A DNA stretch of 64,000 nucleotides from Lysobacteraceae bacterium (GTDB lineage: Bacteria; Pseudomonadota; Gammaproteobacteria; Xanthomonadales; Xanthomonadaceae), in assembly GCA_026005075.1 (NCBI GenBank), contig BPKJ01000009.1, forward strand, positions 3,435 through 67,434, given 5' to 3'. Below are positions 1 to 9,678 of this stretch, piece by piece (position 1 is the stretch's first letter; every line of letters begins with the position of its first letter). A model generated the notes under the pieces. The model saw only the letters and a list, made by a program, of their open reading frames with translations, made no database searches and was not told where the DNA came from. The position numbers and the translations under genes are program-made.

Positions 1-1
1 C

Positions 2-508
2 GGGGTGCGGCTGCTCGCCACCGACCCGTGTCCGAGCGAGGCGGTGCGCGCGCTTGGCGTGGAATACCTCGAACTCGACGCCCTGCTCGCCGCCAGCGAC
101 GTCGTTTCCCTGCACTGTCCGCTTACCCCGCAGACCCACCACCTGATCGACGCCGGCGCCCTGGCCCGCATGAAACCGGGCGCCTTCCTCCTCAATACCA
201 GCCGCGGTGCGGTGGTCGATACCCGCGCGCTGATCGCTGCGCTGAAGTCGGGCCGGCTCGGCGCGCTCGGTCTCGACGTGTACGAGGAGGAGGCGCATCT
301 GTTCTTCCGGGATCTTTCCGAGCAGGTGCTGCAGGACGACGTCTTCGCCCGTCTGCTGACCTTTCCCAACGTGCTCATCACCGGCCATCAGGGTTTCTTC
401 ACCCGCGAGGCGCTGCGCGCCATCGCTGCCACCACGGTGGACAACCTGCGTTGCTTCCTCGCCACGGGCGCTCCGCGGCATCCGGTGTCGGTGGAGCGGA
501 TCGCCTAG
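2..508 (+). CDS. ldhA: D-lactate / D-2-hydroxyacid dehydrogenase, C-terminal part (5' truncated by window)
   Basis: SLHCPLT, MKPGAFLLNTSRGAVVD, LDVYEEE and LITGHQGFFT motifs of the D-2-hydroxyacid dehydrogenase NAD-binding domain. Confidence 0.88.
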   Translation, partial: GVRLLATDPCPSEAVRALGVEYLELDALLAASDVVSLHCPLTPQTHHLIDAGALARMKPGAFLLNTSRGAVVDTRALIAALKSGRLGALGLDVYEEEAHLFFRDLSEQVLQDDVFARLLTFPNVLITGHQGFFTREALRAIAATTVDNLRCFLATGAPRHPVSVERIA

Positions 509-596
509 GACAGGCGCTGTCCCTTCGCCGCGAGCCCGCATGGGCGGGGGCATCACGCCAGCGAGGCATGGGCCCCGGATGCGGCCGACGGCAAGC

Positions 597-634
597 TTGC
601 ATCCGCTTTGCATCCTCGAACCCGGTGCTAGGCT
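597..634 (+). promoter_or_regulatory. Putative sigma70-type promoter with TTGCATCC direct repeat upstream of the orphan gene
   Basis: TTGCATCC at 597-604 and 608-615 (11-bp period); extended -10-like TGcTAGGCT at 626-634; RBS GGAGG at 656-660. Confidence 0.35.
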
Positions 635-665
635 GAGGACATGGGCAGCCACCACGGAGGAGACG

Positions 666-1148
666 ATGGACGCACCGTTCGACGTTATCGCGGGGGAAGG
701 AAAGCGCTCGGAACCCCGACTTCGTCCGGAGGACATGCGGGTCATCGAGGGCGGTGCCGCCGATGAGGCGGACCAGACCGTCGATGAGGCGGACAAGGGC
801 GTGCAGTACGAGGTCATTGCGGGGGAAGGAAACCGCTCGGAACCCCGACTTCGCCCGGAGGACATGCAGGTCATCGAAGGCGGTACCGGCGACCTCGAGC
901 ACAAGCGGGAGATCCTGTTCAAGCGGCCCTGGGAGCTCTCCTCTCTCACGGAGGTGCGATACCTCTGCGGAGTCTTCAAGCTGCCGCCGTTGGAGTGCAT
1001 CGCACTGATGCTGGTGTACGTGGACTACCACAGCCAGACCGACCACGAGAAGGCCGAATGCTATCGGGCATTGATCGAGGACATTGTGCCGCCTCATGTG
1101 ATACGGCGGCATCGCATGGTCATCGCGACCCGGGGCGAATATGGCTAG
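666..1148 (+). CDS. Hypothetical protein (160 aa) with an internal tandem duplication
   Basis: ATG at 666 after GGAGG RBS; open frame to TAG; two copies of (D/E)VIAGEG(K/N)RSEPRLRPEDM(R/Q)VIEGG; many A/T-ending codons. Confidence 0.7.
   Translation: MDAPFDVIAGEGKRSEPRLRPEDMRVIEGGAADEADQTVDEADKGVQYEVIAGEGNRSEPRLRPEDMQVIEGGTGDLEHKREILFKRPWELSSLTEVRYLCGVFKLPPLECIALMLVYVDYHSQTDHEKAECYRALIEDIVPPHVIRRHRMVIATRGEYG
681..884 (+). repeat. Imperfect 75-bp direct repeat (681-755 and 810-884, 129-bp period) inside the orphan CDS
   Basis: gacgttatcgcgggggaaggaaagcgctcggaaccccgacttcgtccggaggacatgcgggtcatcgagggcggt vs gaggtcattgcgggggaaggaaaccgctcggaaccccgacttcgcccggaggacatgcaggtcatcgaaggcggt. Confidence 0.92.
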
Positions 1149-1365
1149 CCCGTGGACGGACGGGCTGCCTTGTCCTGCCCAGCACGGGAACCGGGCGATC
1201 CGAGGCGCGTTCAGGAAAGGGGTCGAGGCGCAGCGCAGCGGGCAGTCCCTCGATGCCTGCCGGCATCGGGAGCGAGCAGAATGCACGCCTGAGCGGGTTG
1301 CGCTCACCGTCGCCCCACCATGGGGTGCCGGGCCCTTGCCCACAGCGGCCGAGCCTGGCCGAAGC

Positions 1366-3947
1366 TCAGCGTGCGATCGCCTCCCAGGCGAGCTGCCAGC
1401 GCTGCAGCAGGGCCTGGCGCTGGGCGGGATCGGCAAGCGGGCTGGCTTGCAGTTGCCGCAGCAGGCTGCGCAGGGCTTCGCCGGGCGGTGCCTCGGGCTC
1501 GCCCTCCAGCCGTCGGGCGAGGCGCTGCATCTGCAGCGTGCGGCGTAGCGCGGCGCTGCCAGAGGGCGAGTCGACGCCGGCCAGCAGTTCGGCCTCGACG
1601 ACGAGCCGCTCGGCCTGCTCGGGGTCGAGGGCGGAAACGGCGCCGGAGGCGAGGCGCGGCTCCAGCGCGGCGCGGTCTTCGGGGTGCAGCGGCAGCGTCT
1701 GCAGGCGGTCGCGGAGCGGCGCTCTTTCGGCATCCAGGGCCGCGTCGAGGGCGTCGAGCAGGGCGCCGGCTTCGAGCAGGGCGTGGATCGACGCCTTCTG
1801 CTGCTGCTGCAGGGCAAGCGCAAGCGCGGCCTCGGCGGCGTCGCGAGCCTTGCGGTAGCGCGACTCCAGCGGATGGGGACGGCGCGGACGGCCGCGGCGG
1901 TCGGACCGGGGCGCGGGGTCCGGGGTCGGCACGAGCGCCCTCCAGCGGGCCTCGAGTTGCTCGAGCTGGGCACGGGCCTGCAGCAGGCGTTCCGGTGGCG
2001 CCGCGGCCAGGGCCGAGAGCTCGTCGAGGATGGCAGTGGCCGCGGCCTCGGCTTCCGCCTGCCTTGCATCATGCTGCCGCCGCCGGGCCTGTTCGCCCGC
2101 GAACAGCGGATCGAGCAGCTGGGCAAGCTCGGTGCGCAGTTCCTGCTCGGTGGCACGGTCGGCGCGCGGGAGGGTCTGCCATTCCGCCTGCGCCTTGCGG
2201 GCGAGGGCGAGGCGGAGCTCCGGGGCGCTGGCACCCAGTTCGCGGCGCAGGCGTGCCAGACGCCGTCGCTTGGCCAGGGCGGCCGCTTCCTGCGCGGCGC
2301 GGATGGCCTGCTCGACCGCGTCCAGACGCTCGCGCAGGGCTTGCCCGAAGCGGCGGCGCTGCCCGGGCGGGAGACGATGGAGCTCGCGCAGCGCGGCGAC
2401 GAGTTCACCGCGCAAGGTGCGCAATGCGCCGGCCTCCTCCGGAAGCTCGGCGCTGCGTTCGACGAGCGCCTCCACCTCGGCAGCGTGCTGCTGGCGCAGG
2501 GCGTCGCGTTTCTCGAAATAGGGCCGCGCAGGGGCCAGCGCGCGGGCGCAATGCGCACGGAAGCGACGCTCAAGGCCGGGGGCGGCCTTGCCGTCGACGG
2601 CATCGAGCTGCTCCCATGCTTCCTGCAGCTCGCGGATGCGGGTCGCCAGCGCGTCGGGGTGCAGGCCCGATCCGTGCAGCGCGGCGGCCTGCTCGCACAG
2701 GCGCGCACGGGCCTGCCGGTCGGCCCAGTGCTGCCAGCGCTCGAGCTCGGCAAGGCGGGCGCGCCAGGCGTTCAGCGCGCGCTGCCGCGCTTCGTCGCCG
2801 GCCAGTTCGGCGCAGCGCTGCAAGGCCTCGCGGGCCGGGCCCGGGTGGCCGGCTTCCAGTGCCGCCAGCAGCCGCTCGCGTGCCTCGGTCCAGGCCTGGT
2901 CGAGGGTCTTCGCGCGGTGCCTTGCGACCCGCGCGGCGTGATCCGCAAGACGCCTGCGTAGCCGCCTGCGCTCGGCTTCGGGCAGCGCATCGGCCTGCGC
3001 TTCGAGGCGGTTCGACAGGGCAGCGAGGACCGCTTCGGCGTCGGCCTGCTCCGGGGCGGGCAGGTCGGCCAGCAGGTCGCGCGCGAAGGCCTCGGCCTCG
3101 GCGGCAGCGGGCTCGGGCGCCGGCTGCGGCGGCGGGGGCGGGGCCGCGGCGGGCTCCGCTCGACCCGCGTCGTCGGCGGCGGCCAGCGCCACCTCGGCCA
3201 TGGCGCGGGCGCCATCGACCCGGCGTTGCAGGTCGGCATCGACCCTCGGCCGCAATGCCGTTCCCAGGCCTCGCGCAGGGCATCGAGCCGCGTGTTCCGG
3301 TCCGCGGGCAGCTGCCTTGCCAGCAGGCCAAGCTCCTCGGCGATGGCCAGCGCGCGCCGGCGCAGGGCCTCGGGGTCCCCGGCGGCGAGCGCCATGGCCT
3401 CGATGCGTTCGCGGGCGGCGCGGGCCAGGCGCTTGTCGCGGCGGCGCGCGCCCTCGGCGATGCGCTGCAGGCTTGCGGCCTCATCCACCCGCTCCAGCGC
3501 CCACAGGCGCAGCGCGGGGTCGGGATCGTGCAGGCAGCGTTCGGCCCACAGCGCGGCGCGGTCCAGGCGCTCCAGCGCGGCGCGGCGCAGTTCGGCCCGC
3601 GCGGCGCTGCGGGCGAGCTCGATCAGCAGCGGCTCGTCCAGCAGCTGGCGGATGCAGGACTCGGCCCCGGCCGCGGGCTGCGGACCGGCGAGCAGGCTGC
3701 GCAGGCGATCGCGCGCGGCGGCGGCCACCGCCTCGTCGCGCTCACCGCGCAGCCGCCGCTCCAGCAGCACGAGATCATCCAGACGGCGCAGGGCGGCGAT
3801 GCGAACTGCGGGGTCCGGGTCGGCCTGGGCGAGCTCGGGGAGGCGTGCGCGCAGGGCAGGGTCGTCGGAGCCTGCGGCGGCCGCGGCGCGGCGCGCGGGG
3901 TCGGGGTGCTCCCAGTCGGGCTTGAACAGGCCGAGTAATCGCTTCAT
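1366..3947 (-). CDS. DUF349-family coiled-coil protein with N-terminal HEAT-like repeats; frameshifted at ~3256-3260
   Basis: N-part MKRLLGLFKPDWEHPDPARR (ATG 3947) joins the 1366..3255 frame if one base is added near 3258; DUF349-like repeats (WQHWADRQARARLCEQA, LQEAWEQL, ARKAQAEWQTL). Confidence 0.7.
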
Positions 3948-4177
3948 GGCTTGGCGGGTCGGGATGGGGTGGCGGTCGGGTCGGGCCGCGGCAGGCGGCC
4001 GCGTGCACGCAGGCGCTCGGCCGCACGCCGCAGGATGGCATGCCGGGTGGCGGGGTCGGCCGCGTGCCAGCCGAGGATCTCCGTGAGATGGCGGCCGCAG
4101 CCGACGCAGACCTCCTCGTCGTCGAGGCAGCAGCGGCGCACGCACGGGGAGCGCGGCAGGTCCGGGTCAGGGCTCAC
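3944..4177 (-). CDS. DUF1289 family Cys-rich (putative Fe-S) small protein
   Basis: SPCVRRCCLDDEEVCVGCGRHLTEILGW matches the DUF1289 SPC..C.LD...C.GC.R...EI..W pattern; start and stop overlap neighbouring genes. Confidence 0.85.
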   Translation of the reverse strand: MSPDPDLPRSPCVRRCCLDDEEVCVGCGRHLTEILGWHAADPATRHAILRRAAERLRARGRLPRPDPTATPSRPAKP

Positions 4178-7100
4178 CGAGCAGCTCCAGAAGCTCTTCC
4201 GCGCTCACCGGCGCTGCGCCCTCGCCGGCGCCGATCAGCCGATCGGCGAGCTCGCGCTTGCTGCCGTGCAGGTCGAGGATGCGTTCCTCGATGCTGCCGG
4301 CCAGGACCAGCTTGTAGACCGTGACCGGACGGGTCTGGCCGATGCGGTGGGCGCGGTCCGAGGCCTGCTGCTCGACCGCCGGGTTCCACCAGGGATCGAG
4401 GTGGATCACGTAGTCGGCCGCGGTCAGGTTCAGGCCCAGTCCACCGGCCTTGAGGCTGAGCAGGAACACGTCCCCGCTGCCCTGCTGGAAGGCGCGGACG
4501 GCGGCATCGCGGGCGCGCTGCGGGGTGCTGCCGTCGAGGTACTGGTAGGCGATGCCCTCGCGGTCGAGGCGTTCCCGCACCAGCGCGAGGTAGTCGGTGA
4601 ACTGGCTGAACACCAGTGCCCGATGCTGGTTGTCCAGCAGCTCGCCGAGCAGCTCGACCAGCTGTTCGAGCTTGCTGCTGGGCAGGTCGAGCTCGGGCGC
4701 GACCAGGCGCGGGTGGCAGGCGGCGCGGCGCAGCCGGGTCAGCTCGGCGAGGATGTGGATGCGGCGCTGCTCCGGCGGCGCGGAGGCGCCGTGCAGGCGC
4801 TCCAGCGCCTGCCGGCGCAGCGCGGCCATGAACCGCGCCTCCTCGGGGCCGGGCTCGACCTCCAGCACGACCTCGGTGCGTGGCGGCAGCTCGGCCAGCA
4901 CCTCGGCCTTGGTCCGGCGCAGCAGGAACGGCGCGATGAGGCGGCGCAGCACTTCACGCTCGGGCCCGCGGGGGTCGCGCTCGAGGGGCGCGACGAAGCG
5001 GCGGCGGAACTGCTCCTCGCTGCCGAGCAGGCCGGGATTGAGGATGCGGAACAGGCTCCACAGCTCGCCGAGGTGGTTCTCGAGAGGCGTTCCGGTCGCG
5101 GCCATGCGGAAGCGCGCACGCAGGCGCCGCGCCGCGCGGGCGCGCGCGGTGGCGGGGTTCTTGATGGCCTGCGCCTCGTCCAGCACCAGGGTGGCGAACT
5201 CGACTTCGGCGAGGGCCTCGGCGTGGCCCGCGAGCAGGCCGTAGCTGGCCAGCAGCACGTCGCCCGGGCCGAGACCGGCCAGGGTCTCGGCACGGTCGCC
5301 CTCGCCGAAGCGGTGCACCGCGAGATCGGGCGCGAAACGGGTCGCCTCGCGTTGCCAGTTGCCGATCAGGCTGGTCGGCACGACCACCAGGGCCGGGCCC
5401 TCGGCCGCGCGCGCGAGCAGCACGGCGAGGGCCTGCACGGTCTTGCCAAGGCCCATGTCGTCGGCGAGGCAGGCGCCGAGCCCGGCGGCGGCAAGCCGCA
5501 TCAGGAACCGGTAGCCCTCGCGCTGGTAGTCGCGCAGCTCGGCGAGCAGGCCGCGGGGCAGCGGCGGGTCGAGTGCGCGGGCCCTGCGCAGGCGCTCGAT
5601 CTGTTCGAGGAAGTCCGCGCTGCGCTCGCTGTCCTCGTCGAGGGCGGCGTCGAGGGCGAAGGCGGCGGCGCGCGCGACACGCACCTCGCCCTTTTCGTCG
5701 GCAAGAGCCGTGCAGCAGCTGCAGGCGGCGGCGCAGCGCGCTGCCAAGCGCAAGCACGCGGCCCTCGTCGAGCCGGAGGTAGCGGCCCTGCGCCGAGGGC
5801 AGGGCGCGCAACAGCTCGCTGAGCGCGACCACGCTGCCGTCGTCGAGCTGCAGTCCGCCGGTGGTGGCGAACCAGCCGTTGCGGCTCTCCACCACGAGGC
5901 GCAGCGCGGCCTCGCCGCTGGCTCGGGCGATCCGGAGTCCGCGCCCGGCGCGCCACTCGAGAGCGAGGCGCGGGGCAAGCGGCTGCAGCGCTTCCAGCAG
6001 TTCGAGCGCCGCGACCGGATCCTCGACCTCCAGCCTCGCCTCGTCGTCCAGCCCCTGCAGGGCTTCGCAGTCGCGGACCAGGGTCGCGAGCGCCTCGCGT
6101 TCGCGGCGCAGGTCGCGGCGGGTGCGCTGCAAGGGCCCGCCACCATGGCTGAGCACCACCGCAGGCCCGCGGCCGGGCGCGAACACGCCCCCTTGCGGTC
6201 CCAGCGGGCGCACCACCACCCGCAGGGCAAGCCCGTCCCGGAAGGGTTCGAGCTGGGCGATCAGCTGCTCGTCCGCAGGCAGGTCCTGCACGCCGAGCTG
6301 ACTGAGGTCGGCCTGCAGGCGCAGCTTGCCGGCGAGGTCGGGCAGCAGGGCGCGCAGGTCCTCGGCGGCCTCCGCCGGCAACTCGAGTCCCTCGCCGAGG
6401 ATCTCCGCCAGTCGCCGCAGTCCCGAATCCGGACGGTACAGGTGGAGGACCCCGTCCTCGAGCCGGGCCGCCCCTTCGCCTTCCAGGGCCTCGGTGGGAG
6501 CGAGGCCCAGCCGCAGGCTGCCGTCGGCCCGCCGTTCGGTGAGCAGGGTGAGCTCGCCGGCGACCACCGCGATGGGCGTCTCGCGGCCGCGTTCGAACAC
6601 GCGCGGGTGGCCGACCAGGGCGGCTGCGGTGCGGGAGGCGACCGGCACGCCGCGGCGGGGGTCGAGCCCCGGCTCGGCCAGCAGCGCCTGGAGCAGACGG
6701 CGGTCTGGGCCGTCGCCAGGCGGAATGCGGTCCAGCGCCGCCTGCAGCGCGGTGCCGTGCAGCACCCGGCCGGCGCTGAAGCCGCCGGCGCGCGGGCGCT
6801 GTTCGAGGACCTCGAACACGAGCTGTTCGGCGAACCCGCGCGGCGGGCGCAGCCGGATCCGCAACTGCGAGGCGCCGCTGCGCTCGGGCGAGCGTGCGCG
6901 TGCCTCCGCGGCCAGCGCCTGCGCCAGTGCATCGAGCCTGATCTTCCAGGCGGGTGCCGGCTGCAGCCAGTCGCGCAGGGTCGGCGGCCGGGTCGGGTCG
7001 GCGTCCTCGTCGGGCCGCAGCAGGGCGCCGCACTGGGCGGCGAGCCAGTGCCAGCCCACGTCCGCGGCACGCCGCTCCAGCGCCTGCAGACCCTCGCGCA

Positions 7101-8292
7101 GCGCGCTCGGCCAGGGCGTGCCGGCCCAGTGCAGGAGCAGCGCCAGCCACCACAGGTCATCGGGCCGGCCCTCCTCGATGGGGTCCGGGCAGGCGAAGCG
7201 GCGTCCGGCCAGGCGCGCCGCCATGAAGGCCTGCCAATGGGCCACCCCGACCCCGCCCTCGGCCTCGCCCGGCAGCTCCCGCAGCCGTGCCAGCAGCTCG
7301 CGACGCCGGGCCAGCGCAGGGTCGGGCGCGGCGGTGAGCACCGCGAGCAGCAGCTTGCCGGGAAGCCCTGGGGGCAGGGCGCGCCGCCCGTGCTCGCTGC
7401 GCCATGCGCGCAGGAGCTGATCGAAGGCGGCGCCGAGCGCCTGCGGGGGCTCGCCCGCGCGCAGCCGGGCGAGCAGGGCGTCGCATTGCCCCAGTGCCAG
7501 CATCCCCTCGCGGGTGGGCAGGGCCGGCATGGGCTCGCCGCGCAGGGCGGCGAGGTCGAGCAACGGGCGCGCGAGGCGGTCCGCCGCCTCCGGTCGCCGG
7601 GCGAGGAGGGCATGTGCGCGGGTGATCAAACCGTCCTGTCCGCCGCCCGGCTGAGCCAGCTCGCGCCATAGCAGCGTTTCGAGCACGGGGAGCTGGAAGG
7701 CCGGATCGAGGCGGTCGATCAGCGCCGTGTCGGTGGCCCTTAGGTGGCTCTGGATGCGTTCGAGGGCATCGAGGACCGGATCGTGCTGGCTCGCGCGGTG
7801 GGTGCCGAGGCGCAGCGCCTCGGGTCCGAGCCCGGCAAGGATGCCGGCGATGCGCAGGCGCAGGCGCAGGCCACTGCGGTACTCCGGTTCCAGCCGCTCG
7901 AGTGCGGTCGCCTGCGGCCCGGCAAGGGCCTCGGCGATGCGCGCCGCACGGCCGCTCTCGAGCAGATCGAGCTGGGCGCGACGCTGCAGCAGCAGGCCAC
8001 CCTGGGCGCGCAGTTCGGCGCCGCCCGGGTCGATCAGGAACTCCTGCACCCGCAGCAGCCTGCGCACCAGGTCCGCCTGACCCTGCTCGCGCCAGTCCGG
8101 GTCGAGACCGGCCAGGCGCAGGAGGCCGACCAGCGCGTCCACGCGCAGCGGCAGGTCGGCCATCGCCACCAGTTCGACGAGCATCCGCTCGCCCTCGCCC
8201 AGCGTGGCCAGCCGCTCGATCAGCAGCTCGGCGTGGGCTTGGCGGATCTGCTGGCGAGGATCGGTGGGATCGTGCCGCGCGGAAAAGGGCAT
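4167..8292 (-). CDS. Large SNF2-family (SWI2/SNF2) helicase/ATPase; frameshifted at ~5708
   Basis: C-part has LRDYQREG, LADDMGLGKT (Walker A), VLDEAQAIKN, TGTPLEN, VFSQF, SLKAGGLGLNLT, DPWWNP, DRAHRIGQ; the ~860-aa N-part (ATG 8292) joins it if one G is removed at 5708-5709. Confidence 0.85.
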
Positions 8293-8368
8293 GGCTGCTC
8301 GGGTCCGGGCCAACCGCCGAGTCTAGCAAGCCCCCTGCCGCCGGCGCAGCCGGCATCCAACGGCAGGA

Positions 8369-9550
8369 TCAGGGCCCGAGCGTGCCGGCCGGCACCCTGA
8401 CCCAGCCCTCCATCAGCACGCGCGCGCTGCGGCTCATGCGGGCACGCCGCACCACCCAGCGGCCAGCGAGCTCCTCGACCTCGGCGCCGACCCGCATGGT
8501 TCCGGACGGATGGCCGAAGCGCAGGTCGCTCCGCGGCCCGCCGGCGGCTTCGCTGACCACGGTGCCGGGGATGGAGGCCGCGGTGGCCAGCGCGACCGCG
8601 GCGGTACCCATCATGGCGTGGTGCAGCTTGCCCATCGACAGTGCGCGGGCGAGCAGGTCGATGTCGTCGGCACGCACCGCCCTGCCGCTGGAGGCGGTGT
8701 AGTCGGCCGGCGCTGCGACGAAGGCGACCTTGGGGGTGTGCTGGCGCCGGGCCGCCTCGGCCTCGTCGCGGATCAGCCCCATGCGCAGGGCCCCGGCGGT
8801 GCGCAGCGCCTCGAAGCGTGCCAGCCGCGCGGGATCGCCGTTGATCTCTTCCTGCAACTCGGTGCCCCGGCAGCCGACGTCGGCGGCGCGCACGAACACG
8901 GTCGGGATGCCGGCGTTGATCAGGGTGGCCTCGACGCGGCCCAGGCCCGGCACGTCCAGAACGTCGACGAGCCGGCCGGTCGGAAACATGGCCCCGCCCT
9001 CGCCCTCGTCGTCGGCCGGATCGAGGAACTCGAGCGCGATCTCGGCGGAGGGGAAGGCCACGCCGTCGAGCATGAAGTCCCCTTCCTCGACCACCTCGCC
9101 CGCCTTGACCGGCACGTGGGCGAGGATGGTCTTGCCGATGTTGGCCTGCCAGATCCGCACCGTGGCGGTGCCCTCGGCGGGCAGCCGCTGAGGATCGATC
9201 AGGCCCTGGGCGATGGCGAACGGGCCGACCGCGGCGCTGAGGTTGCCGCAGTTGCCGCTCCAGTCCACGAAGGGGCGGTCGATGGAGACCTGGCCGTAGA
9301 GGTAGTCGACGTCGTGGCCGGGCCGGGTGCTGGGGGCGACGATCACGCACTTGCTGGTGCTGGAGGTCGCCCCGCCCATGCCGTCCGTGTGCTTGCCGTA
9401 GGGATCGGGGCTGCCGATGACCCGCAGCAGCAGGGCATCGCGGGCCGGCCCCGGCTGGCGGGCCGGAGCTGGCAGGTCGGCAAGGCGGAAGAACACGCCC
9501 TTGCTGGTGCCGCCACGCATGTAGACGGCGGGAATGCGAAGCGCGGACAT
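8369..9550 (-). CDS. prpF: 2-methylaconitate cis-trans isomerase PrpF
   Basis: YMRGGTSKGVFF, GSPDPYGKHTDGMGGATSSTSK, WSGNCGNL, SMGKLHHAMMGT motifs. Confidence 0.95.
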   Translation of the reverse strand: MSALRIPAVYMRGGTSKGVFFRLADLPAPARQPGPARDALLLRVIGSPDPYGKHTDGMGGATSSTSKCVIVAPSTRPGHDVDYLYGQVSIDRPFVDWSGNCGNLSAAVGPFAIAQGLIDPQRLPAEGTATVRIWQANIGKTILAHVPVKAGEVVEEGDFMLDGVAFPSAEIALEFLDPADDEGEGGAMFPTGRLVDVLDVPGLGRVEATLINAGIPTVFVRAADVGCRGTELQEEINGDPARLARFEALRTAGALRMGLIRDEAEAARRQHTPKVAFVAAPADYTASSGRAVRADDIDLLARALSMGKLHHAMMGTAAVALATAASIPGTVVSEAAGGPRSDLRFGHPSGTMRVGAEVEELAGRWVVRRARMSRSARVLMEGWVRVPAGTLGP

Positions 9551-9678
9551 GGGCTTCATGGTGGAAATCCGGTTGGGCGGGGCACAGGATTATCCCTCGG
9601 CCGGCACCGGTGCCGCAGGACGGCCGGTCGGATCGGGTACCTTGGAGGATCCCTGGCATGCGCAACGGAGGCGTGCCG

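Noticed and set aside
508-522. GGACAG-GCG-CTGTCC hairpin after ldhA as a terminator or REP
   Set aside because: Only a 6-bp stem, no U-tract, and no second copy noticed in the window.
681-884. Direct repeat as a possible CRISPR array
   Set aside because: Only two 75-bp copies, in frame within a CDS, and no cas genes.
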